Assembly: GCA_037137655.1 (NCBI GenBank)
Contig: JBAXJX010000001.1
Span: forward strand, 417,624-481,623
Origin: Candidatus Falkowbacteria bacterium
Lineage (GTDB): Bacteria; Patescibacteriota; Patescibacteriia; Patescibacteriales; UBA12465
Length of the DNA: 64,000 nt
Direction of reading: 5' to 3'
Below the pieces are notes generated by a model. The model did not search any database and was not told the origin of the DNA. It was given only the letters and a program-made list of their open reading frames with translations. Shown here piece after piece: positions 52,430 through 61,755 of the stretch. How positions within the stretch are numbered: the first letter of the stretch is position 1; each line of letters opens with the position of its first letter. A program made the translations under genes and the position numbers.

Positions 52430-53524
52430 TTATTTTTTCAACCAGCGCAAATAGGCTTCCGTAAACGGTTCAAGTTCCCCGTCCAGGACGCTCGCAATAT
52501 CACTCGTTTCATAATCCGTGCGATGATCTTTTACCATTTGATATGGCTGCATGACATATGAGCGAATTTGACGACCCCAACCAGCGCCGCCACTTTCACC
52601 TTTTAATTTTCGCTCTTCCGTTTCCCGTTTTTCATCTTCCAAGTGCTTTAGTTTAGCATTTAAAATCTTAAAAGCGATTTCGCGATTTTGGTGCTGTGAG
52701 CGCTCCGTTTGGCACGTAACTGTAATCTTCGTCGGTAAATGCACCAAGCGCACCGCAGACGACGTTTTATTGACATTCTGACCACCTGGACCAGAGGAAT
52801 GAAAGAAATCCATGCGCACATCCTCTTCTCTGATATTTAATTCTTCTGACTCCGGTAATTCGGGAATAACTTCAATCGAAGCAAACGAAGTGTGACGCAT
52901 TGCCTCAGAGTCAAAGGGTGAAATGCGCACCAAGCGATGCATGCCACTTTCCCCTTTTAAATAAGCGTAAGCCCACTGACCGTCCACCCGAAAGGATGAA
53001 CTTTTAATACCAGCTTCATTACCATAACTGCGATCTAAAATTTCCACCTTAAATTTTTTCTTTTCACAAAAGCGCAACAACATTCTTTCTAAAATCTGCG
53101 CAAAATCTTGGGCATCAACACCACCGGTGCCACTGTGAATAGTGACAATTGCGGCACTGGCATCATATTTACCATCAAACAATAATAAAAATTCTAAATC
53201 CGAAAAAGTTTTTTGGAGCTCATCATATTTTTTATTGGCTTCTTCCGACAAACTATTATCATTTTCACTTTCAGCAATCGCCACCAACTCTTCCAGCTCG
53301 CGAATATTTTTTTCAAAATCATCCCATTTTTTTATTTCCGAATCTAATTCTTCCACGCGTTTACCAATAGCCACCGCCGCTTCGCGATCATTCCAAAAAT
53401 CCGGCGCACTCATCAAGCGTTTTTTATCATTACTTTCCGTGATCTTCGCATCCACATCCAAAAGACTTCTAGTTTTTAGAAATCGTTCACGCAATTCTTC
53501 AATTTTTTTTAATAAGTTTTCCAC
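52430..53524 (-). CDS. prfB: Peptide chain release factor 2 (uninterrupted ORF, GTG start)
   Basis: SPF recognition motif and GPGGQNVN; probable GTG start at 53524. Confidence 0.95.
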   Translation of the reverse strand: MENLLKKIEELRERFLKTRSLLDVDAKITESNDKKRLMSAPDFWNDREAAVAIGKRVEELDSEIKKWDDFEKNIRELEELVAIAESENDNSLSEEANKKYDELQKTFSDLEFLLLFDGKYDASAAIVTIHSGTGGVDAQDFAQILERMLLRFCEKKKFKVEILDRSYGNEAGIKSSSFRVDGQWAYAYLKGESGMHRLVRISPFDSEAMRHTSFASIEVIPELPESEELNIREEDVRMDFFHSSGPGGQNVNKTSSAVRLVHLPTKITVTCQTERSQHQNREIAFKILNAKLKHLEDEKRETEERKLKGESGGAGWGRQIRSYVMQPYQMVKDHRTDYETSDIASVLDGELEPFTEAYLRWLKK

Positions 53525-53555
53525 AATTTTAAATTTTACGCAATAATATTTATAT

Positions 53556-54692
53556 TTAATTTTGAATACAACGGACAGAAAAACCATTGCAAGTACTAGG
53601 AGTATCACGCCATATACCAGCAACACCTGATAAAGATCTCGTATAACCAGCTGACGACCACCATTCACCCACATTATTAAATGCAAAGTATAAATTATTG
53701 CCTTCATCAGGGCAATAATAATATCCAGCTAAAATCCCGTCAAAACCGGATGATCCACCAGTCTTTAGTTTTGTCCCAGCCGAAACACAATCATCGTAAC
53801 TACGATTAGCTACACAAGTTTGACCATTGTCTTTTAAATAGTTTTCTAAAACTGAAAAATCTGAATCTAATGGTAAATGCCAACCATTTGGACAAATATC
53901 TTTAGCTCCAGCGTATTGCGCTGCTTCGTCATATTGATATAAACCACCATAAGTTTGACAACTAGACGTGCTATCGCCATAACAATATTTTTCCATAACG
54001 CCATTATTGGTTTGGGATACAGCACCGGTAGTAACGCCAACAACATAGTGACCAACGTTTAAATTTTGCTTTATCCAACATTGAGTACCAATACTAACCG
54101 TATCATAAGTGCAGGTGTCATAATCCGGTGCTCCAGTATTGCAAACATGATTAAGGGTTGATGTTACCACTACTTGAGATTGCAGGCAAACGGAAGCCGG
54201 CACACTACTAGTTACCGCCACAATTCCCTTTGGTGTTAAAATATTATTACCGGCAGCAAATTTATCAACTTGAGAACCAAGACAAAATGATAAAGAATAA
54301 GTATTGGTGGTGGTGCCTGGTGTATAAACATAAGCATTACTAGAAGAACTACAAGAACCATCCGGTGGTGTTGGCGCATTAGGAATAGTGGCTAGATAAG
54401 CCACACCGTTTGGCGAAACTATTTTCCCAGATGACCATTGAGTTGATGAAGGATAAATGCCGTTATCAGTTATATATAATTCTAGAGCTTTTTTAATTTG
54501 AGTGACTTGAGACAAGCGCATAGTATCACGAGCGGAAGCAAATCTTTGCAATGGATTTAGAGCTACAAAAACTACCGCCGCAATAATAGCGATGATAGCA
54601 ATAACAATTAGGAGTTCGATGAGAGTGAAGAATTTTTTACTTTTTTTTCGACACTTTTTTAATTTAGAATTTATTTTAGGGAAAAAGTTCAT
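53556..54692 (-). CDS. Type IV pilin-like protein with FISUMP domain (atypical -1 residue Phe)
   Basis: KKF|FTLIELLIVIAII; IGTQCWIKQNLNVG, YGGLYQY, ICPNGWHLP, SVRCIQN. Confidence 0.85.
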   Translation of the reverse strand: MNFFPKINSKLKKCRKKSKKFFTLIELLIVIAIIAIIAAVVFVALNPLQRFASARDTMRLSQVTQIKKALELYITDNGIYPSSTQWSSGKIVSPNGVAYLATIPNAPTPPDGSCSSSSNAYVYTPGTTTNTYSLSFCLGSQVDKFAAGNNILTPKGIVAVTSSVPASVCLQSQVVVTSTLNHVCNTGAPDYDTCTYDTVSIGTQCWIKQNLNVGHYVVGVTTGAVSQTNNGVMEKYCYGDSTSSCQTYGGLYQYDEAAQYAGAKDICPNGWHLPLDSDFSVLENYLKDNGQTCVANRSYDDCVSAGTKLKTGGSSGFDGILAGYYYCPDEGNNLYFAFNNVGEWWSSAGYTRSLSGVAGIWRDTPSTCNGFSVRCIQN

Positions 54693-54813
54693 AAATAATA
54701 ACAATAATAAGCAAAACATCAACCAACGCAACTATTTTAACAGAAATAACTAAATTTCACAAATAAAAAACCACTAAATTATTTAGTGGTTACGAAGATT
54801 CTTAAATAAAAAA

Positions 54814-55305
54814 TTAAATTTTTGTTTTTCTTGGTTCTTTCCCAAAAAATTCAACAAAATTATTAACTAAATTTTCTAAACCCAAAACCCAAACAGCTCC
54901 CCAAAAAAATGACAAGCAGAAGGATATGGAATAGGCTAATAAAATTTTATTATCAACTACCGGTTGAATTCCAAAATCAACTAAGCGTAGCACTGAATTA
55001 ACAATTAATAATTTCAACAAATAAATACTTGGACCAATAATTGCCAACTTTAAACCACTCACAATCCATTCATAGCGAATATTTATCCGAAAAAATTTAA
55101 AAACATAAGTCGCTAAATTTTTAAATGACTCAATAAAAATAATTGCTTCAAAAATATCAGTTATCAAAGTCACTCCCCGAAAAACCAGAGACTGTTCTAA
55201 TGACATTTTCACCAGAAATAATTCATAAAATAAAATTCCAAAATTTGTCAGCAGAAGAAAAAAATAAAATTCCAAAATCTTCCTTAATTGCCCGGACTGC
55301 AGCAT
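54814..55305 (-). CDS. Membrane protein, possibly AlaE (L-alanine exporter)-like
   Basis: 4 TM segments; ELFLVKMSLEQSLVFR resembles the AlaE E-x-F-x-x-GMSxEQSLxxR motif; SD AGGAGG. Confidence 0.5.
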   Translation of the reverse strand: MLQSGQLRKILEFYFFLLLTNFGILFYELFLVKMSLEQSLVFRGVTLITDIFEAIIFIESFKNLATYVFKFFRINIRYEWIVSGLKLAIIGPSIYLLKLLIVNSVLRLVDFGIQPVVDNKILLAYSISFCLSFFWGAVWVLGLENLVNNFVEFFGKEPRKTKI

Positions 55306-55381
55306 CTAATCCTCCTTTTTTTAATTAAATTATTAATAAACAAAAAACTACTATTTACTTTGTATAAAATTACAACTTTTG

Positions 55382-56515
55382 TCAATCATGAATACAGCGA
55401 ACGGAATAACCATAAGAATTATTATCATTAGTTCTTAAGATGTAGTGACCAGTCTCAACCCATGTGCCCTCATCATCATAGCCACCAATCAATTCAATCA
55501 GTCTATCCCATGCTCTTGTACCACTAATAACTGTAGAGGACCAAAACTGGCTATTATTACCAAAGTAAGTAAATCCAGATGAAGCCCCAATTTTAACCCC
55601 AGAAAGTAAAGCATTGAATAATAATGGATCTTGATATTGAATACCAGCACCATAGCAATCCCAAGTATTTCGATTAGGGTTACAAGTTTGGCCCACGGTT
55701 TTTAAATACTGATCTAAAGTATTTTGTTCAGAATCACTTGGGATATGCCAACCGGTCGGACAAACACCTTGAGCGCTTTCAGTGACAGAGTATTGCATTG
55801 CTTCACCCCATGAATATAAACCACCATGAATATCACAATTACTAGTGATATTATTATAACAATATTTCTCTACAATACCATTGTTTGAAACAACATTATC
55901 ACTAGATGATGCAATAACCATTGTGCCAATGTTTAAGTTATCTTTAAACCAGCACTGCGAACCAATTTGCACGGTGCGATAATAGCCACCTTGATTACGA
56001 CTTGATCCGCTAAGATCATATGGTCCACCAGCATAAGCTATCGTACTCCCACAAGCAAAAGACGAGGATGTCGCCACTACACTAACAATCCCGGTTGGTG
56101 TTAAAATATTATTTCCGGCAGAAAATTTATCAACTTGAGAGCCAAGACAAAATGATAAAGAATAAGTATTAGTAGTAGTACTTGGTGTGTAAACATAAGC
56201 ATTACTGGAAGAACTACAAGAACCATCTGGTGGTGTTGGTGCGTTAGGAATAGTAGCCAGATAAGCCACACCATTTGGCGAAACTATTTTACCGGATGAC
56301 CACTGAGTGGGTGAGGGATAAACACTGTTATCCATAATATATAATTCCAGAGCCTTTTTAATTTGGACTACCTGGGAAAGACGCATGGTATCACGAGAAG
56401 AAGAAAAACGTTGAAGTGGATTTAAGGCCACAAAAACCACCGCCGCAATAATGGCAATGATAGCAATAACAATTAGGAGTTCGATGAGGGTAAATCCGCT
56501 TTTCTTATTTTTCAT
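55382..56515 (-). CDS. Type IV pilin-like protein with FISUMP domain
   Basis: KKSG|FTLIELL; IGSQCWFKDNLNIG, HGGLYSW, VCPTGWHIPS, SVRCIHD. Confidence 0.9.
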   Translation of the reverse strand: MKNKKSGFTLIELLIVIAIIAIIAAVVFVALNPLQRFSSSRDTMRLSQVVQIKKALELYIMDNSVYPSPTQWSSGKIVSPNGVAYLATIPNAPTPPDGSCSSSSNAYVYTPSTTTNTYSLSFCLGSQVDKFSAGNNILTPTGIVSVVATSSSFACGSTIAYAGGPYDLSGSSRNQGGYYRTVQIGSQCWFKDNLNIGTMVIASSSDNVVSNNGIVEKYCYNNITSNCDIHGGLYSWGEAMQYSVTESAQGVCPTGWHIPSDSEQNTLDQYLKTVGQTCNPNRNTWDCYGAGIQYQDPLLFNALLSGVKIGASSGFTYFGNNSQFWSSTVISGTRAWDRLIELIGGYDDEGTWVETGHYILRTNDNNSYGYSVRCIHD

Positions 56516-56598
56516 ATAAATATTCTACCAAAAATATCCTAATTTCACAAATAAAAAACCTCGTTCAAATAAATGAACGAGGTCGTATAAAATTTTAA

Positions 56599-57351
56599 TT
56601 AAAATTTTATGGTTTTGCGGTTGACCAGTCTAACGCCAGCGTTGGGGATTTTATCTCCAGCTGAAACATTACAAACATGTAATTCACGACTGCCCTGCTT
56701 CCAAAAAACATTAATAACTCGATTGCCGAACAATTTTGTACCTGTGCACAGCGTTCCATTTGTCGAACTAAGTTTAGCACCATTGTTCTCAACGTAAGTT
56801 CGAAACCAATGGATCATTAATTCTAAAAAAGTTATGCCGCTAAGTTTGCGTTGCCAAATTTCACTCGCCGAAATACCAACAAACGCACCATTGGGTTCTA
56901 ATTCTTTTAGCAAAAAAACTGAGTAGCTTGATTTTGGATAACGATCATGACTCTCAAATAAATCCAAGAATTGATCACCAGAATTAAACTTAATTATAAT
57001 GCCATTTCTTGCCATCACATCAAAAACTCGTGTCTCAGTTAATCCGGCAGGAATAAAAATATTGGTATGAATTTTACTATTATATCCCGGTGGAATATTA
57101 AGTTTAAAATTCTTAGCCAACTTAATGCCAAAATATTTTTTATAAAAAATATCCCAAGCAATTTTTTCTTTAGTCTTGCAACACCTTTCTTCGCAAAAAG
57201 CTTTCAATAGAGTTAGCCTTAACTTCGACTCATCATTCAGATATTCCAACATTTGCTCATTCGACATTTTCGGCAAAAAATCACAGACTTTAACTTTAAG
57301 TATTTCTAAAGTTTCGTTGACAACAGCAACATCACGATTATCATTACTCAT
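56599..57351 (-). CDS. Hypothetical protein, possible C-type-lectin-like C-terminus
   Basis: 250-aa ORF with boxA-like leader and terminator (56553-56583); TLCTGT...NVFW...GVR ending. Confidence 0.7.
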   Translation of the reverse strand: MSNDNRDVAVVNETLEILKVKVCDFLPKMSNEQMLEYLNDESKLRLTLLKAFCEERCCKTKEKIAWDIFYKKYFGIKLAKNFKLNIPPGYNSKIHTNIFIPAGLTETRVFDVMARNGIIIKFNSGDQFLDLFESHDRYPKSSYSVFLLKELEPNGAFVGISASEIWQRKLSGITFLELMIHWFRTYVENNGAKLSSTNGTLCTGTKLFGNRVINVFWKQGSRELHVCNVSAGDKIPNAGVRLVNRKTIKF

Positions 57352-57444
57352 ATTTTATATATTTTAAATGAACACTAATTTTCACACCATTACCGTAACA
57401 CAAAAAAATATTTTAGTCAATATAAAAATAAGAGCCCATATAAA

Positions 57445-57471
57445 CAAAAAACCCTCCGAGCGGAGGGTTTT
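57445..57471 (-). terminator. Terminator after rpsI
   Basis: AAAACCCTCC/GGAGGGTTTT hairpin. Confidence 0.8.
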
Positions 57472-57486
57472 TGATATAAAAAGAGA

Positions 57487-57948
57487 TTAACGTTTTGACC
57501 ATTGTGGAGACTTACGAGCTTTACGTAAACCTGGTTTCTTTCTTTCAACTTTACGACGATCACGAGTAAGTAATCCAGCAGTTTTTAGAACATCACCAGT
57601 AGATTCATCCATGACTAATAAAGCGCGAGCAATACCATGACGAACAGCTTCTGTTTGACCAGCTTTACCGCCGCCACGAACAATAACAGAAACATTTAAA
57701 TCACGTAAATGACTAGTAAGTTTTAAAGGCATAGTTGCATTTAAAGAGTCATCGCCAGGAAAATATTTAGTTACTTTTTGACCGTTAACAATAATTGCAC
57801 CTTTACCATCTTCGTATAAACGAACACGAGCTGATGCAGTTTTGCGACGACCAGTTGCTTGAATGAATTTACCAGTAAAGCTAGTTGCTTCTGGCTTATC
57901 TTCAACTTCTTTTTCAGAAGCTTTTTTTGTAGTAGTTTTTTCTGCCAT
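57487..57948 (-). CDS. rpsI: 30S ribosomal protein S9
   Basis: TGRRKTASARV, GGG, ERKKPGL...QWSKR. Confidence 0.96.
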   Translation of the reverse strand: MAEKTTTKKASEKEVEDKPEATSFTGKFIQATGRRKTASARVRLYEDGKGAIIVNGQKVTKYFPGDDSLNATMPLKLTSHLRDLNVSVIVRGGGKAGQTEAVRHGIARALLVMDESTGDVLKTAGLLTRDRRKVERKKPGLRKARKSPQWSKR

Positions 57949-57956
57949 ATTGAAAC

Positions 57957-58304
57957 TTATTTAATAATTAAACGTTTCATCATTCCGTTACGCAATCTTG
58001 AAGGTGGTAACATGTTGAATACAGCCTTATACAAAACTTTAGCCGGAGTCAAATCGGAAATTTTCTTGGTTTTTAAACCGCCCAAATATCCAGAATAATG
58101 ATAATATTTTTTCTGATCCAATTTATTGCCGGTGTATTTCATTTCCTCAGCATTAAGAACCTCAACAACATCACCTTCGTCTAAATGTGGTTCATAGCTA
58201 GCTTTATTTTTACCGCGCAAAATGATAGCGATTTTGGATGCTAATCTTCCCGGTGCAATTCCGGCAGCATCAAGTTTATGCAATTTTCTTTCCAAATTTT
58301 TCAT
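57957..58304 (-). CDS. rplM: 50S ribosomal protein L13 (short)
   Basis: GRLASKIA...LRGKNK, YYHYSGYLGGLK. Confidence 0.95.
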   Translation of the reverse strand: MKNLERKLHKLDAAGIAPGRLASKIAIILRGKNKASYEPHLDEGDVVEVLNAEEMKYTGNKLDQKKYYHYSGYLGGLKTKKISDLTPAKVLYKAVFNMLPPSRLRNGMMKRLIIK

Positions 58305-58315
58305 ATTTATTATAA

Positions 58316-58666
58316 TTAAACTAATTCAATTTGCACCATTTTAGCGCCGTCACCTTGGCGTGGTTCCAATTTTATAATTCTAGTATAACCACCTTGACGT
58401 TCCTTGTAGCGAGCACCCAAAACTTCTAAAGCTTTAGTTACGGCTGTTTTTTGCAACAAAACCTTAAGCAAAGAACGACGACTAGTTAAGCTACCAGCTT
58501 TAGCTAGAGTGATCATTCTTTCCACAAGTGGACGTACAACTTTAGCCTTAGCTTCAGTAGTTTTAACTTTTTCGTAAATTAAAATACTAGAAGCCATGTT
58601 ACGTAACATCGATTCACGTGGGGCTTTTTTTCTGTCTAAAATTTTTCCTTTATTTCTGTGTCTCAT
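58316..58666 (-). CDS. rplQ: 50S ribosomal protein L17
   Basis: MRHR, TTEAKAK, GGYTRI, RQGDGA. Confidence 0.96.
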   Translation of the reverse strand: MRHRNKGKILDRKKAPRESMLRNMASSILIYEKVKTTEAKAKVVRPLVERMITLAKAGSLTSRRSLLKVLLQKTAVTKALEVLGARYKERQGGYTRIIKLEPRQGDGAKMVQIELV

Positions 58667-58678
58667 ATTAGTATAAAA

Positions 58679-59485
58679 TTATTTCTTGGCCTTTTTAGCT
58701 TTTTTTGGTTTTTCTTCTTCGCTTTCGGCGATTTCAGTTTCCTCAACAATCTCCATGATTGGTTCAGCTGCAACTTCTGCTAAAGCTTCCTCACGTAAAG
58801 ATCCTGGCAATAAAGCACCAAATTGATCGATTAAAATTTTAACGCTTTCGTTGAAAGCTTGTTCAAAGTCAATAGTTCCATCAGTTTTAACATCGATGAT
58901 TAATTTATCCCAGTTAGTCATTTTACCAACACGGATATTTTCCACATCGATACTAACAAGCAATACTGGAGAAAAAATAGAATCAATTTCAATCAAACCT
59001 AATTCTTTGTTTTCTTTTTTAGCGCCTTCTGGCATGTGGTAACCACGACCTGGACGAACATAGATTTCCATGGTCAAGTTTCCAGCTGGGTCAGTAATGT
59101 TGGCTAAAACTAAGTCACCATTAACAACTTCAACTTGGCTATTTTTAGAAATATCGCTAGCTTTAACAACTTTTTTTCCAGATACTGACAAATCTAATTT
59201 AATTTCTTCTTCACCATGAACTTTTAATCTTAATTGTTTTAAGTTTAAAACCATTTCTAGAACATCTTCTTTGATGTGTGGTAAAGCCATGAATTCATGA
59301 CTAGCACCTTTGATTTTAACGCCAACAACGGCAGCTCCCGGTAAAGATGAAAGCAAAACGCGACGAAGTGAGTTTCCGAAAGTCATACCATAACCTGGGT
59401 AAAGCGGTTCAACAATAATGCTACCAGCATTTTCTTCGATGCCCTTTTTAAATTCGATTTTTTTTGGTAAAGCGATTTTTTCCAT
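58679..59485 (-). CDS. rpoA: RNA polymerase alpha subunit lacking the alphaCTD
   Basis: EPLYPGYGMTFGNSLRRVLLSSLPG, DSIFSPV, DKLIIDVKTDGT; 268 aa ending in an acidic/Lys tail. Confidence 0.95.
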   Translation of the reverse strand: MEKIALPKKIEFKKGIEENAGSIIVEPLYPGYGMTFGNSLRRVLLSSLPGAAVVGVKIKGASHEFMALPHIKEDVLEMVLNLKQLRLKVHGEEEIKLDLSVSGKKVVKASDISKNSQVEVVNGDLVLANITDPAGNLTMEIYVRPGRGYHMPEGAKKENKELGLIEIDSIFSPVLLVSIDVENIRVGKMTNWDKLIIDVKTDGTIDFEQAFNESVKILIDQFGALLPGSLREEALAEVAAEPIMEIVEETEIAESEEEKPKKAKKAKK

Positions 59486-59518
59486 AAATAAAATATTATG
59501 TAATTTAAAAATAGATTA

Positions 59519-60154
59519 TTATTTAGAGTAGAACTCAATAATCATTTGGACATTAATATTTTGCGGCAAATCGTCCTTAGTTGGTTCATGCAAAACTTTT
59601 CCAGACAAATCTTTATCTTTCAAGTCTAAAGCTAACCAACTGACGCTTGGAGCGGTTTTCAATTTTTCTTTCAAAGTTCTGAAATATCGGTTGTTCCAAC
59701 TAGATTTTTTGATTTTGATAACATCACCAGCCTTAACGATAGCTGATGGTACATCACATTTACGTCCATTAACAGTAATGTGTCCGTGACTTACGATTTG
59801 GCGAGCTTCAACGTGTGAAGACGCATAACCTAAACGTAGAACAACATTGTCCAAACGCATTTCAAGTAAACGTAAAAAGTTAACACCAGTATCACCAGTC
59901 TTTTTTCCAGCCTTTTCAAAAGTAAGACGGAATTGTTTTTCTAAAACATTGTAATACTTTTTAGCTTTTTGTTTTTCATTCAACTGTGTGCTGAACTCAC
60001 TAGCGCGTTTACGGCCTTTTGGACCATGAACCCCCGGTGGATAGTTTCTTTTCACCATTCCACATTTTTGAGTTAGACAACGTTCACCCTTTAGGAGCAA
60101 TTTTTCTCCCACGCGACGACATTGTTTACATTTTGGTGCTAAATTTTTTCCCAT
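59519..60154 (-). CDS. rpsD: 30S ribosomal protein S4 (zinc type)
   Basis: CKQCRR...C, LEMRLDNVV, IIEFYSK. Confidence 0.96.
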   Translation of the reverse strand: MGKNLAPKCKQCRRVGEKLLLKGERCLTQKCGMVKRNYPPGVHGPKGRKRASEFSTQLNEKQKAKKYYNVLEKQFRLTFEKAGKKTGDTGVNFLRLLEMRLDNVVLRLGYASSHVEARQIVSHGHITVNGRKCDVPSAIVKAGDVIKIKKSSWNNRYFRTLKEKLKTAPSVSWLALDLKDKDLSGKVLHEPTKDDLPQNINVQMIIEFYSK

Positions 60155-60175
60155 ATATGATTAAACGTTAAATAA

Positions 60176-60793
60176 TTAGACTCTTCTTGGTTTCTTTGGG
60201 CGGCAACCATTGTGTGGAATTGGAGTCACATCTTTAATTGCAGTAACATTTAAGCCATTAGCATTTAAAGCACGAACTGCAGCTTCACGACCAGTACCGA
60301 CACCAGAAACAAAAACTTTAACTTCTTCCAAACCAAAATCTTCTTTAGCTTTCTGTGCAGCGATCTTGGTGATGATTTGAGCAGCATAAGGAGTCGCTTT
60401 TTTAGCGCCCTTAAAACCAGCCATACCAGCACTAGCCCAAGAAATAACGTCTCCGTTATTGTCAGTCAAAGAGATTATAGTATTGTTGTAAGTTGCATTG
60501 ATGTAAGCTTTTCCGGATTTAACACTGCGAGCCACTTTCTTCTTCTTTTTCTTGATTAATTTCTTTTTGGATTGGGCTTGCTTGTTTTTTTCTAATTTTT
60601 CTTTGATGTCAGCTGGCAATTCATCATCCATAGCCATAATCTTGATAACATCCTCTTCTTCGTCATCGCCAAAATCACCGTACTCTCTGGATCCATCAAG
60701 TGAAGCCATAGATTCCGGAAGATCATTTTTTTCTACAATTTCAATAGCTTCATCAGCTACATCATCATTTTTTTGTTTCTTATCTTCTGCCAT
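60176..60793 (-). CDS. rpsK: 30S ribosomal protein S11 with a long acidic N-terminal extension
   Basis: [26 protein letters not shown]. Confidence 0.96.
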   Translation of the reverse strand: MAEDKKQKNDDVADEAIEIVEKNDLPESMASLDGSREYGDFGDDEEEDVIKIMAMDDELPADIKEKLEKNKQAQSKKKLIKKKKKKVARSVKSGKAYINATYNNTIISLTDNNGDVISWASAGMAGFKGAKKATPYAAQIITKIAAQKAKEDFGLEEVKVFVSGVGTGREAAVRALNANGLNVTAIKDVTPIPHNGCRPKKPRRV

Positions 60794-60811
60794 ATGATAT
60801 ATTAATTAGAA

Positions 60812-61204
60812 TTATGTTTTTAGACCAGTCTTAGCACGACCAGATCCCATTGTAAGACGTTTGTTGCCACGAACAGTACGGTTGTTTGATTTTGTACTTT
60901 GACCACGAACTGGCAAATTTTTAGCATGACGAGTTCCTCGTAAAGAACCGATCTCTTTTAATCTTTTAATATTAGCTGAGACCTCACGTCTCAAATCGCC
61001 TTCAGTTAAATAACCTTTTTCGATAATCTCACGGATGCTATTAACATCTTCTTCTTTCATGTCTTTAACTCTAACAATTTCACTAACTTTAGCTTTAGCT
61101 AAAATTTTAGTAGCTACAGTGTCGCCAATACCATAAATATAGGTTAAAGCAACCTTGATTTGTTTATCGTTTGGAATTGTAACTCCAGCAATTCTTACTG
61201 CCAT
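60812..61204 (-). CDS. rpsM: 30S ribosomal protein S13
   Basis: [19 protein letters not shown]. Confidence 0.96.
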   Translation of the reverse strand: MAVRIAGVTIPNDKQIKVALTYIYGIGDTVATKILAKAKVSEIVRVKDMKEEDVNSIREIIEKGYLTEGDLRREVSANIKRLKEIGSLRGTRHAKNLPVRGQSTKSNNRTVRGNKRLTMGSGRAKTGLKT

Positions 61205-61225
61205 AATATTTTGATTAAATTAACC

Positions 61226-61339
61226 CTAACCCTGTCTTTGTTTGTGTTTAGGGGTTTTACAAATAACATAAACGCGTCCTTTGCGGCGGACGACCTTGCA
61301 ATCTTTGCAGATTTTTTTAGCACTGGCTCTTACTTTCAT
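61226..61339 (-). CDS. rpmJ: 50S ribosomal protein L36
   Basis: Manual translation [37 protein letters not shown]. Confidence 0.95.
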   Translation of the reverse strand: MKVRASAKKICKDCKVVRRKGRVYVICKTPKHKQRQG

Positions 61340-61343
61340 AAAA

Positions 61344-61580
61344 TTATAATCTGTAAGTTATCCGGCCCTTACTTAAATCGTAAGGACTGATTTGAATTTT
61401 AACCCGATCTCCAGGTAAAATTTTAATTTTATTAATACGCATTTTTCCCGACAAATGTGCCAGGATCTCGTGACCGCTCGCCAAAGCAACCTTAAAGGTT
61501 GCCGCTGGCATTAGCTCTAAGACTTCACCTTCTGTTTCGATAAAATCTTTAGAATCAAGAGATTGATTTTCGTTTGACAT
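61344..61580 (-). CDS. infA: Translation initiation factor IF-1
   Basis: [28 protein letters not shown]. Confidence 0.96.
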   Translation of the reverse strand: MSNENQSLDSKDFIETEGEVLELMPAATFKVALASGHEILAHLSGKMRINKIKILPGDRVKIQISPYDLSKGRITYRL

Positions 61581-61755
61581 TGAACGCAAAAAAAATTGAT
61601 AAAGAATGTAGAAGTCTGTAGCCTTCGCTAAGCTTCATACTCTATCAAAATTATGAATAAATTTATTTTGTATTTATACAATTTATTGATGCTTTTCATT
61701 ATAGTCATAAGTTCAAAGCTTGTCAAGGGGATAAGGTAAAATTAAAGACAGGGGC

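Noticed and set aside
53440-53480. Programmed +1 frameshift in prfB
   Set aside because: The site reads AGT CTT TTG GAT in frame with no CTT TGA. The longer 425-aa ORF is an over-extension into the upstream pilin.
49388-55500. DGR VR/TR pair among the FISUMP pilin 3' ends
   Set aside because: Differences between the 3' ends are not adenine-specific, and no reverse transcriptase or non-coding template repeat is visible in the window.
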